Assembly (NCBI RefSeq): GCF_027923705.1
Contig: NZ_AP026442.1
Coordinates: 132,853-196,852 of the forward strand
Length of the DNA: 64,000 nt
Source: Cellulomonas sp. NTE-D12
Lineage (GTDB): Bacteria > Actinomycetota > Actinomycetes > Actinomycetales > Cellulomonadaceae
Direction: 5' to 3'
The first letter of the stretch is position 1, and every line of letters starts with the position of its first letter. The notes below the pieces were generated by a model that did no database searches, was not told the DNA's origin, and worked only from the letters and a program-made list of their open reading frames with translations. This document shows positions 7,835 through 15,860 of this stretch, piece by piece. Position numbers and translations under genes: made by a program.

Positions 7835-9489
7835 CCACCGTCGCGCCCCGGACACGCGCTGCCGCGGTGGCGCTGCCGACGCGGGGGCGGCCGGCGGACA
7901 CGCTGGCGGGGCTCGGTGCGATGGTGCGCTTCGTCGTGCGCCGCAACCGCGTGCGGCTGGCGGTATGGCTCGTCGTGCTCGTCGGGATGTTCGCCTACGT
8001 CGGCGCCTACTACAAGAGCCTGTTCACCACGCAGCAGGCGCTCGACGACTTCGCCAAGGTCAGCGACACCCCCGGCATCCGGGCGCTGACCGGCCTGGCG
8101 GCGGCGCCGAACACCCTCGGCGGGGCCGTCTGGACCAAGGTCTGGATGACGTGCGCGCTGGCGCTGGCGTTCGGCGTCGTCTTCCTGGTCACCCGCAACG
8201 GGCGGGCGGACGAGGAGGTGGGCCGCACGGAGCTGCTGCGCTCGCGGGAGCTGGGGCTGCACGCGTACCCGGCGGCGTCGTGGCTGGTCTGCGCGGTGCT
8301 GTCCGTGCTGGTCGGCGCCCTGATCGCCGCCGTCTCGGCCGCCTCGGGCCTCGACCCGTACGGCACCGGCATCACCGGCTCGCTGATCGTCGGCGCCTCC
8401 GTCACCGGCGTGGGGCTGGTGGGCCTCGGGGTCGGGGCCGTGGCCGGTCAGGTCGCCTCCACGTCCCGCGGCGCCAACGCCCTGGGGTCCGCGGTGCTGG
8501 GCGTGCTGTACGTGATGCGGATGGTCGGCGACCTGGGCGACGGGCGGCTGACGTGGGCGTCGCCGGTGGGCTGGGGCCAGGAGATGCAGCCGTGGGGTGC
8601 CGACCGGTGGTGGCCGTTCGGGCTGCTCGTCGTGCTCGCCGTCGTGCTGCTGGCGCTGGCGACCGTGCTCGAGGCGCACCGCGACCACGGTGCCGGCCTG
8701 ATGCCGCAGCGTCCCGGGCCGGCCGGTGCGCCGGCGCGGTACGCGACCCCGCTGGGTCTGGGGCTGCGGCTGCAGCGCGGGCCTGTGGTCGGCTGGAGCG
8801 TCACCGTCGTGCTGTGCGGGCTGCTGTTCGGCTCGGTGGTGCACGCGATGGACAACCTGCTCAACGATGCCGGCACCCCGCTGCCCGCCATCCTGCGCGG
8901 CCGCGGCATCGACGCCCTGATGGCGGTGCTCGCCGGGATGATCGCCCTGATCGTGGCCGTGTACGCGGTGCAGTCGGCGACGACGCTGCGGGCCGACGAG
9001 GCCTCCGGCCTGGTGGAGACGCAGCTGGCCGGGGCGCTGTCGCGGTGGCGGTGGGCGCTGCAGCGGCTGCTGATCCCGGCCGTCGGCGGCGCGGTGCTGC
9101 TCGCCGCGGGCGGTGCCCTGCTCGGCGCCAGCTACGGGGCCACGGTGCACGACGGCTCGTGGACCGGCCGGATGGCCGTCGCGTCGCTCGTCTACTGGCC
9201 GGCGGTGATGGTGCTGGTCGGGGTGGCTGTGGCGCTGTTCGGCTGGCTGCCGCGGGTGGCGATCGCGCTGACGTGGGGGCTGCTGGCGGCGCTGTGGTTC
9301 GTCATGCTGATCGGCGACGCCCTGCACCTGCCCCACTGGGTGCTCGGGGTGCTGCCGTTCTCCGCGACCCCCTACATGCCGCTGGACCCGATGCGGTGGA
9401 CGCCCGTGGTGGTGATGACGGCCGTCGCCGCGCTCCTGGTGTGGGCCGGGATCGACCGGTTCGCGCGGCGGGACGTCGTCCCCGGCTGA
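7831..9489 (+). CDS. ABC-2 family transporter permease (multi-pass membrane protein)
   Basis: The GTG at 7831 overlaps the ATPase stop (GTGA), giving translational coupling. The 552 aa protein is highly hydrophobic with many predicted TM helices. The listed 1102-aa ORF 6181..9489 is a read-through artefact. Confidence 0.75.
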   Translation: MTTVAPRTRAAAVALPTRGRPADTLAGLGAMVRFVVRRNRVRLAVWLVVLVGMFAYVGAYYKSLFTTQQALDDFAKVSDTPGIRALTGLAAAPNTLGGAVWTKVWMTCALALAFGVVFLVTRNGRADEEVGRTELLRSRELGLHAYPAASWLVCAVLSVLVGALIAAVSAASGLDPYGTGITGSLIVGASVTGVGLVGLGVGAVAGQVASTSRGANALGSAVLGVLYVMRMVGDLGDGRLTWASPVGWGQEMQPWGADRWWPFGLLVVLAVVLLALATVLEAHRDHGAGLMPQRPGPAGAPARYATPLGLGLRLQRGPVVGWSVTVVLCGLLFGSVVHAMDNLLNDAGTPLPAILRGRGIDALMAVLAGMIALIVAVYAVQSATTLRADEASGLVETQLAGALSRWRWALQRLLIPAVGGAVLLAAGGALLGASYGATVHDGSWTGRMAVASLVYWPAVMVLVGVAVALFGWLPRVAIALTWGLLAALWFVMLIGDALHLPHWVLGVLPFSATPYMPLDPMRWTPVVVMTAVAALLVWAGIDRFARRDVVPG

Positions 9490-9579
9490 CCGGTCGAACG
9501 GACCCCCGCCCGGGAGGCGGTCCCGCGCTCGATCGGGATCGCCTCTCGGGCTGGACTCTGCCGCGCTCCGGGTTCATGC

Positions 9580-9605
9580 TAGTCACTGTCATTTGGCAGT
9601 GACTA
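9580..9605. promoter_or_regulatory. perfect palindrome TAGTCACTG-N8-CAGTGACTA; candidate TetR operator upstream of the MFS/TetR pair
   Basis: Seen directly 16 bp upstream of the MFS start codon. The downstream cotranscribed TetR at 11271 is the likely ligand. Confidence 0.45.
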
Positions 9606-9620
9606 TCAGCGGAGGCAGCG

Positions 9621-11210
9621 ATGAACCGGACGACGAGCGGCACGGTGGGGTCGCGCCGGTGGTGGGCGCTGGGCGGCGTCACCCTGGCGGTGCTGGCCGT
9701 GTCGATGGACGTGACGATCCTCAGCGTCGCGCTGCCGACGCTGGCCGGAGCGTTGTCGGCGACTGCCGCGGACCTGCAGTGGTTCTCCGCCGGCTACGCC
9801 CTGGTGCTGGCGGCGCTGACCCTGCCGGCCGGCTGGCTGGGTGACCGGCTCGGCCGCAAGCGGGTGCTGATGGGCTCGCTGCTGGTGTTCGCGGCAGGCT
9901 CCGCGGCCTGCGCCTACGCCGGGTCGGCGGCGTGGTTCGTCGTCGCGCGCATGCTGCTCGGCGTCGGCGGGGCCGGGGTGGTCGTGATGGCCGTCTCCGC
10001 GCTGACGGTGCTGTTCGACGACGCCGAGCGTCCCCGCGCTGTGGCGGTGTGGGGCGCCGCGAACCTCGTCGCGTTCCCCGTCGGCCCCATCCTGGGCGGC
10101 TGGCTGCTGTCCCACGTCTGGTGGGGCTGGGTGTTCCTGCTCAACGTGCCGGTCAGCCTGCTGGGCCTCGCGGCGGTCGCGGCGTGGGTCCCGGAGAGCT
10201 CCGCGGACCGGCCGCCTCGGCTCGACGGCGTGGGGCTGGTCGCCTCGAGCGCCGGGCTCGCGGCGCTGACGTGGGGGTTCATCCAGGCCGGTCAGGACGG
10301 GTGGAGCTCGGCTCGGGCGTGGGCCCTGATGGTCACCGGGCTGCTGGCGCTGGTCGGGTTCGGCGGCTGGGAGGCGCGGCTGGCACGGCGTGGGGGACAG
10401 CCGCTGGTGGACCCCGCCCTGTTCCGCTCGGCGTCGTTCAGCTGGGGCGTGACGCTGTTCGCCGTGCTGACCCTGGCGCTGATCGGCCTGATCTTCGCGC
10501 TGCCGCAGTACTTCCAGGCGGTGCTGGGCACCGACCCCCAGGGCTCGGGGCTCCGGTTGCTGCCCCTGGTCGGAGGCCTGCTGGTGGGGCTGGGGCCGTC
10601 CCGCGCCCTGGCGGTGCGGGTGGGGGTGAAGACGACGGTGGCGGCCGGCTTCGTCGTGCTGGCCGCCGGTCTCGCGATCGGTGCGACGACGACGACCGCC
10701 TCCGGCACCGGGTTCGCGGCGCTCTGGACGGCGGTCAGCGGGGTCGGCACCGGCATGGTGATGGCGACGGTCGCCGCCGCGGCCCTCGCCGAGATCCCGG
10801 CGGAGCGGGCGGGCGTCGGCTCGGCGGTGATGCAGGCCGTCAAGGGGGTCGGCGCGCCGCTCGGTGCCGCCGTGCTCGGCAGCGTGCTGGCCGCCGGCTA
10901 CCGGAACCACCTGCCTGTGGTGACCACCCCCGGTGGTGCCGGTGAGGCGATGCGCGCCAACGTGTTCGCCGGGCTGCGGGTCGCACGGCAGCTGCACGAC
11001 GCGCAGCTCGGCCGGCAGGTGCAGGCGGCGTTCGTGCACGGGGTGACCGGCACGTTGCTGGTGTCGCTCGCGGTGGCCGTGGCCGGCGCTGTGCTCGCGG
11101 TGCTGTTCCTGCCTCGTCGTGCCGCCGTCGTCCCTGCGCCTGGTGGCGACGCCGTGCAAGGCGTTGCGGCCGATCGGGTGCCCGGGGACGTGCCGGCGAG
11201 CACTCGATGA
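9621..11210 (+). CDS. MFS transporter, DHA2/EmrB-QacA-like 14-TMS drug:H+ antiporter
   Basis: GGAGG RBS. The translation is MNRTTSGTVGSRRWWALGGVTLAVLAVSMDVTILSVALPTLAGAL...GWLGDRLGRKRVLM...; it is 529 aa and hydrophobic throughout. Confidence 0.8.
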   Translation: MNRTTSGTVGSRRWWALGGVTLAVLAVSMDVTILSVALPTLAGALSATAADLQWFSAGYALVLAALTLPAGWLGDRLGRKRVLMGSLLVFAAGSAACAYAGSAAWFVVARMLLGVGGAGVVVMAVSALTVLFDDAERPRAVAVWGAANLVAFPVGPILGGWLLSHVWWGWVFLLNVPVSLLGLAAVAAWVPESSADRPPRLDGVGLVASSAGLAALTWGFIQAGQDGWSSARAWALMVTGLLALVGFGGWEARLARRGGQPLVDPALFRSASFSWGVTLFAVLTLALIGLIFALPQYFQAVLGTDPQGSGLRLLPLVGGLLVGLGPSRALAVRVGVKTTVAAGFVVLAAGLAIGATTTTASGTGFAALWTAVSGVGTGMVMATVAAAALAEIPAERAGVGSAVMQAVKGVGAPLGAAVLGSVLAAGYRNHLPVVTTPGGAGEAMRANVFAGLRVARQLHDAQLGRQVQAAFVHGVTGTLLVSLAVAVAGAVLAVLFLPRRAAVVPAPGGDAVQGVAADRVPGDVPASTR

Positions 11211-11270
11211 GGCGTTCGCGGGGTGCGGCGCGGCCGTCGCGCCCCGCGGGGCAGGCAGCACAATGGGCAC

Positions 11271-11879
11271 GTGCCCGCTGACGCCGCCCCCGCCACCGGC
11301 CTGCGGGAGCGCAAGAAGGCCCGCACCCGCACGGCCATCCAGCACCACGCCCTGCGGCTGTTCACCGAGCAGGGCTACGCGGCGACGACGGTGGAGCAGG
11401 TGGCCGAGGCCGCCGACGTGTCTCCCAGCACCGTGTTCCGCTACTTCCCCACCAAGGACGACCTGGTCCTGACGGACGAGCTGGACCCCGCGCTCATCGC
11501 CGCGATCCGCTCCCAGCCGGCCGAGCTGGCCCCGGTGTCCGCGTTCCGCGCGGCGCTGCGGCAGGTGTTCGGCGCCGTCGACGCGGGCCTGCTGGTCGAC
11601 GTCAAGACGCGCGCCACCCTGATCCTCTCGGTGCCGGAGCTGCGCGCCGCGATGCTGGACCAGCTGGCGCAGAGCATCACCTGGCTCACCGAGCTGATCG
11701 CCGAACGTGCCGGGCGCCCGGCAGACGACCCGGCGGCCCGGGCGCTGGCCGGCGCGATGGTCGGCGTCTGGATCGCCGCCGCGACCGACTGGGTGGCCCA
11801 CCCCGACGACGACCTGCTCGGCGCGCTGGACACCGCGCTCGCGTACCTGGAGAACGGCCTGACGCTCGACGTGCCGTGA
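11271..11879 (+). CDS. TetR family transcriptional regulator (downstream of MFS gene)
   Basis: RERKKARTRTAIQHHALRLFTEQGYAATTVEQVAEAADVSPSTVFRYFPTKDDLVL. The in-frame GTG is at 11271. Confidence 0.8.
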   Translation: MPADAAPATGLRERKKARTRTAIQHHALRLFTEQGYAATTVEQVAEAADVSPSTVFRYFPTKDDLVLTDELDPALIAAIRSQPAELAPVSAFRAALRQVFGAVDAGLLVDVKTRATLILSVPELRAAMLDQLAQSITWLTELIAERAGRPADDPAARALAGAMVGVWIAAATDWVAHPDDDLLGALDTALAYLENGLTLDVP

Positions 11880-11997
11880 GCCGGCGGGGGCTCGCGCCCG
11901 CGTGTCGGCGGCGACGGGCCATGGGCTAGCATGGGCCGCGCGTTGGGGGGACCGGGTCGGTCCCGCCGGGTGCACGACCAGCGAAAGTGCTGGTCAC

Positions 11998-12068
11998 GCG
12001 GGTGTAGTTCAATGGTAGAACTTCAGCTTCCCAAGCTGAGAGCGCGGGTTCGATTCCCGTCACCCGCT
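11998..12068 (+). tRNA. tRNA-Gly (anticodon CCC)
   Basis: GCGGGTG-TA-GTTC-AATGGTA-GAAC-T-TCAGC-TTCCCAA-GCTGA-GAGC-GCGGG-TTCGATT-CCCGT-CACCCGC-T folds as a cloverleaf with the anticodon loop TTCCCAA. CCA is not encoded. Confidence 0.85.
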
Positions 12069-12070
12069 CC
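12026..12070. repeat. attL core: 45-bp direct repeat (3' half of tRNA-Gly), identical to 28685-28729
   Basis: GCTTCCCAAGCTGAGAGCGCGGGTTCGATTCCCGTCACCCGCTCC is found identically at both positions by eye. Confidence 0.8.
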
Positions 12071-12138
12071 GCGTTTTCGCAGGTCAGGGCCCCACAGTGG
12101 CTCTGTCGGACCTCCTTGAGACCCTCTGCTGGTCGGCT

Positions 12139-12158
12139 CGTGCCTATACGTGCCTTAA
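12139..12158. promoter_or_regulatory. tandem 10-mers CGTGCCTATA-CGTGCCTTAA; candidate integrase arm-type sites (attL side)
   Basis: Seen directly. The same decamer family recurs as an inverted pair next to attR (28555-28582). Confidence 0.35.
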
Positions 12159-12172
12159 AGAGAGGTCCGGCC

Positions 12173-13537
12173 ATGCCTACCCGACACCATCGACGTGTAT
12201 CCGGCACCGTGCGGCGGCTCCCCAGCGGGAGATGGCAGGCCCGGTACACCGGACCGGACGGCGCGCAGCGCGCGGTCGGGGTCTATCCGACGAAGGCGGA
12301 GGCCGACCAGGCGCTCGCCTTCGAGATCTCCGAGATTGCCCGCGGCACCTGGCGGGACCCGCGGCGCGGGGACCAGCCGCTCGCGGACTTCCTGCGGACC
12401 TGGATCGCGACCCGCGCCGATCTGGCCCCGAGCACCCGTGCGCTGTATGAGCGGATGTTCACGCAGTGGATCGATGCGGACGTGCCGCTGGGCGACCTGT
12501 CCCGCAGCGTCTCGCGGCAGACGGTCCGGCTCGGCGAGCGCACCCTGGCGTCGATCGGTCCGGCCGACATCCGGGAGTGGGACGCCGCCGTTCTGGCCGA
12601 GGCGCGACGGCGGGCGGGGGCTCGGTGGACGAAGGCGAGCGTCACGCCGGAGCGGGTCAACAAGGCGATCCGGACGTGGGCTGCCGAGCAGGGCCGGCCC
12701 GTCGCGCCCACCGGCCGGATGTCGGCGTCGCTGCGTGAGGCGTGGCTGGCCGCGACCGGGGGAGAGGTGCCGCTGGACCCGCGTGCCGAGCGGCACAACC
12801 TCGGCCACACCGAGGCGGCGCAGGCCTACCGGTTCCTGCACACCGGGCTGGCCCAGGCGGTGTCCGACGGGCTCATCCTGGCGAACCCGTGCGCGGTCAA
12901 GGGCGCGAGCCAACGCGACTCCCGGCACCGGACCGAGCGGCGGGTGCTCGCCGCCGACGAGCTGTGGGCGCTGGCCGACGCGATGCCCGAGCGGTACCGC
13001 GCCGCGGTGGTCGTGGCGTTCCTGTCCGGGCTGCGCGCCGGGGAGCTCTTCGCGCTGCAGCGCCGGCACGTCGACCTGACCAAGGGGACGCTGCGGGTCG
13101 AGCAGGCGCTCGCGCTGCCGGGGAGCGGATCGGTCTTCTCGACGACGAAGTCGCGCGCCGGCGTGCGGACGGTGGTGCTGCCGTCGGTCGCGGTCGAGGT
13201 GCTGGCGGAGCACATGGCGCTGTTCACGCCGGCGGGACGAGACTCGCTGGTGTTCGGGACCTCGTCCGGGCGGCCGGTCAGCAACGGACATCGCTCGATG
13301 ATGTTCGGACGGGCTCGGAAGACCATCGGTCGCGACGACCTGACATGGCACGACCTCCGGCACTCGGCACTGACGCTCGTCGCCTCAACGGGGGCGACGC
13401 TGCCCGAGCTGATGGAGCGGGCCGGGCACTCGACGCCGCGCGCGGCGCTGCACTACCAGCACGCCGCGGACGACTCGCAGCGGCGGATCGCCGAGCGGCT
13501 CGATGTCCTAATGGCCGTTAAGCAGCCACGTGGCTAG
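12173..13537 (+). CDS. int: tyrosine-type site-specific integrase
   Basis: An AAAGAGAGG RBS precedes the ATG at 12173. The C-terminal catalytic region reads ...RAGELFALQRRHVDL...WHDLRHSALTLVASTGATLPELMERAGHSTPRAALHYQHA (R...HxxR...Y). It lies immediately 3' of tRNA-Gly. Confidence 0.85.
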   Translation: MPTRHHRRVSGTVRRLPSGRWQARYTGPDGAQRAVGVYPTKAEADQALAFEISEIARGTWRDPRRGDQPLADFLRTWIATRADLAPSTRALYERMFTQWIDADVPLGDLSRSVSRQTVRLGERTLASIGPADIREWDAAVLAEARRRAGARWTKASVTPERVNKAIRTWAAEQGRPVAPTGRMSASLREAWLAATGGEVPLDPRAERHNLGHTEAAQAYRFLHTGLAQAVSDGLILANPCAVKGASQRDSRHRTERRVLAADELWALADAMPERYRAAVVVAFLSGLRAGELFALQRRHVDLTKGTLRVEQALALPGSGSVFSTTKSRAGVRTVVLPSVAVEVLAEHMALFTPAGRDSLVFGTSSGRPVSNGHRSMMFGRARKTIGRDDLTWHDLRHSALTLVASTGATLPELMERAGHSTPRAALHYQHAADDSQRRIAERLDVLMAVKQPRG

Positions 13538-13667
13538 AGAGCCTGGGCACAGTTCCAAGCCAGATCGTTGATCCTCTGCACCAAGCCCGCGGTACGGGGC
13601 GACGCGCGGCCATTTTGGCTCATCGGCGGCCTGTCTTCTCAGGCCACGAGACCTCGGGTTACTTCTC

Positions 13668-14648
13668 TCAGGCCCGAAGTGGCACCTCTGATCGGCTCAC
13701 CGCAGCACTTGAGCCTAGTGAAGCCAGAAGCTTCCTGACGCCAGCCTCGCGCACGTCCCCGTAATTGCCGGGGCCAAGCCGAATCGACCGGATCGCGTCG
13801 ATCGCAAACGGTAGCTCGATGTATGGAACGATAGCCATTGATGTGGACCGGTATTTCACCAAGGACTCTGGAGCACCGGGACCGCCTGCGGGGCCCTCGG
13901 GTTCCAGGGCTGCCAGGAGCCGCCATTCCTCTTCCTGCCTGAACGCAGGGTCTTTCACGGTCGCGAGCAGTGCTGAGACTTCAAGCGCCTTGTAGTACGA
14001 CTTCACTCCCGGATGGTTCAAATTGAAGTCGCCAACAGCCCTGACGGCCTCAGAAGCGATATCAGCCGCGGCCTCGGAGCCATAGCGGACCTCGATGAGG
14101 CGACTCGCAGGTGTGTACATCGCGGGACTCCCGGACACCGCCGCCAACTTCGCCGCATCCAGTTCGATCGCGTACCCGTGCTCGGCCCCATAGCCACGCC
14201 ATTGGCTGAGCAGATCACCGGACTCGCAGAAGCATGCGGCATAGACACCGAAGTCTGTCGAGGCAAGCGTCTCGAAGAAGTACCGCTTGTACTCCTCGAA
14301 AGTCTCGACGGCGTAATGGCCTAGGTCATGTGCGAAGTGATCGGGCCTCAAGACCGGGTTATCCATCTGACTGATGGCGTTGAGGACGAGGTCTCGAGCG
14401 TAGAGCGCCTCGCGCGCATCATTCAGAAAGCGAACGTCCGTCGCACGAATCGTCTGCGTAGTGAGGATCCCGAGCAATCCCGAGGCTGTGGTGTAGTGAT
14501 ACAGCGACCTATTGGCAGACACGCCTCGCTCCGTTCCATACGTTGTCCTCGAGCATGGCGGGCCATCCCAGGCATCACAGGGAGGCGCGCTGACCTGCGG
14601 CGACGGGGCCGCGAGGATCGCTCTGTCGCTGCGGGTCGCGGTCGCCAC
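13668..14648 (-). CDS. DUF2971-like hypothetical protein (family enriched in defence islands)
   Basis: ...RSLYHYTTASGLLGILTTQTIRATDVRFLNDAREALY... matches the DUF2971 N-terminal signature (YxYxs...L...LwfS....NDpxE). The start is uncertain. Confidence 0.45.
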   Translation of the reverse strand: MATATRSDRAILAAPSPQVSAPPCDAWDGPPCSRTTYGTERGVSANRSLYHYTTASGLLGILTTQTIRATDVRFLNDAREALYARDLVLNAISQMDNPVLRPDHFAHDLGHYAVETFEEYKRYFFETLASTDFGVYAACFCESGDLLSQWRGYGAEHGYAIELDAAKLAAVSGSPAMYTPASRLIEVRYGSEAAADIASEAVRAVGDFNLNHPGVKSYYKALEVSALLATVKDPAFRQEEEWRLLAALEPEGPAGGPGAPESLVKYRSTSMAIVPYIELPFAIDAIRSIRLGPGNYGDVREAGVRKLLASLGSSAAVSRSEVPLRA

Positions 14649-14888
14649 GGGTACACCTCATTGGCCTCGGGTGGCGTCCCAAGTGTCTGCGGCGCCGAAG
14701 TAGTCAGAAGCGGGTCCTGCCCACGGGTGGGTCGGCGCCGGCCGAGGCTCGTGGTCGGCGGTTCTATGGACTTGACGCCGACCGCGCGCAACAGGCAACC
14801 GGCGCGAGGGCTGCTCCCATGCCCGAAGGCCGCGAATCATCCGCTTGGCGGGACCGCGGTCTCGCGAGTCCAACTACCGTCAGTCTCC

Positions 14889-15809
14889 GTGTGGGACGGT
14901 GAACTGGATGCGCGTCTGAGGCGCGAACTCATGGCCTGGCTGACGGTCCGGACCCACGACGGGGCTCAGCCGATCGGCACCAGTGAGCTGGCCGACTTCA
15001 TGTTCGACGGCGAGCAGTTCCGCGTGTTGGATCGCCAGCGGGGCATCACGAAACCGGCGGTTCTTCCGTCGGCTCTTAGCCTAAGAACGACGTATCGCTC
15101 ACCCGGTCAGCCGCTGCCATACGACGATCACATCGGGGACGATGGACTGGTCCGCTACAAGTGGCGCGGCGACGACGGTGAACACTGGGAGAACCGGGCG
15201 CTACGAGCCGCCATGCGCGCAGAAAGCCCGCTCGTGTGGTTCTTTGGCGTGGGACCCGCGTTGTGGCAGCCGGTGTATCCAGTATTCCTCGTAGGCGAGG
15301 AACCAGCAGAGCAGCAGTTCATTGTCGACCCTGATGTCGCGCGGGGTTTGATAACGCCAGGCTCGCGAGTGGAAGAACATCTGCGTCGATATGTCGTGGC
15401 GCAGACGCGCCGTCGTCTTCACCAGCCCGTCTTCCGTGCGACAGTTCTGCGAGCCTACGAGGGTCGCTGCGCCGTCTGTTCTCTCGCCCACCCGGAACTG
15501 CTTGATGCGGCGCACATCGTTCCCGACTCCAGCCCGCGAGGCATTGCATCCGTTCGCAACGGCATGGCCCTATGCAAGCTTCATCACTCAGCGTTCGATG
15601 CAAACATCCTCGGCATCGACCCGGACCTCAAAATCGCAATCAGACCGGATCTCTTGGCGGAGATCGACGGACCAACACTTCGCTACGGGCTCCAGGAGCG
15701 GCACGGCGAGCACCTGCGCGTACTGCCGCACGTGCGTGCGGAGCGTCCCGACCCCGAGCTGCTGGCCGAGCGGTTCGCAGTGTTTCTCGCGGAGCCGCAG
15801 GCAAGCTGA
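14889..15809 (+). CDS. SRA(YDG)-HNH endonuclease, Type IV modification-dependent restriction-like (ScoMcrA/TagI-like architecture)
   Basis: The N-terminal half GITKPAVLPSALSLRTTYRSPGQPLPYDDHIGDDGLVRYKWRGDDGEHWENRALRAAMRAESPLVWFFG aligns to the SRA/YDG-domain motifs (SL..GGY.DD.D.GD...YTG.GG ... NRAL.....PVRV.R). The C-terminus reads CAVCSLAHPELLDAAHIVPDS...NGMALCKLHHSAFDANILGI, an HNH (HNH_2) nuclease. An alternative start is the ATG at 14766. Confidence 0.55.
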   Translation: MWDGELDARLRRELMAWLTVRTHDGAQPIGTSELADFMFDGEQFRVLDRQRGITKPAVLPSALSLRTTYRSPGQPLPYDDHIGDDGLVRYKWRGDDGEHWENRALRAAMRAESPLVWFFGVGPALWQPVYPVFLVGEEPAEQQFIVDPDVARGLITPGSRVEEHLRRYVVAQTRRRLHQPVFRATVLRAYEGRCAVCSLAHPELLDAAHIVPDSSPRGIASVRNGMALCKLHHSAFDANILGIDPDLKIAIRPDLLAEIDGPTLRYGLQERHGEHLRVLPHVRAERPDPELLAERFAVFLAEPQAS

Positions 15810-15860
15810 CCGGACCAGTGGGGTTGGTCCGGCGCACTGGTTGCCGGGCAGAATGCGAGC

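Noticed and set aside
6181-9489. 1102-aa + ORF
   Set aside because: It is a frame read-through. The real gene is the ABC-2 permease starting at the GTG 7831 that overlaps the ATPase stop. The first 550 codons are an alternative frame across the TetR and ATPase genes.
9606-11975. 789-aa minus ORF
   Set aside because: It is the antisense shadow of the MFS and TetR genes. The product is R/G/H/P-rich with no membrane or domain signal.
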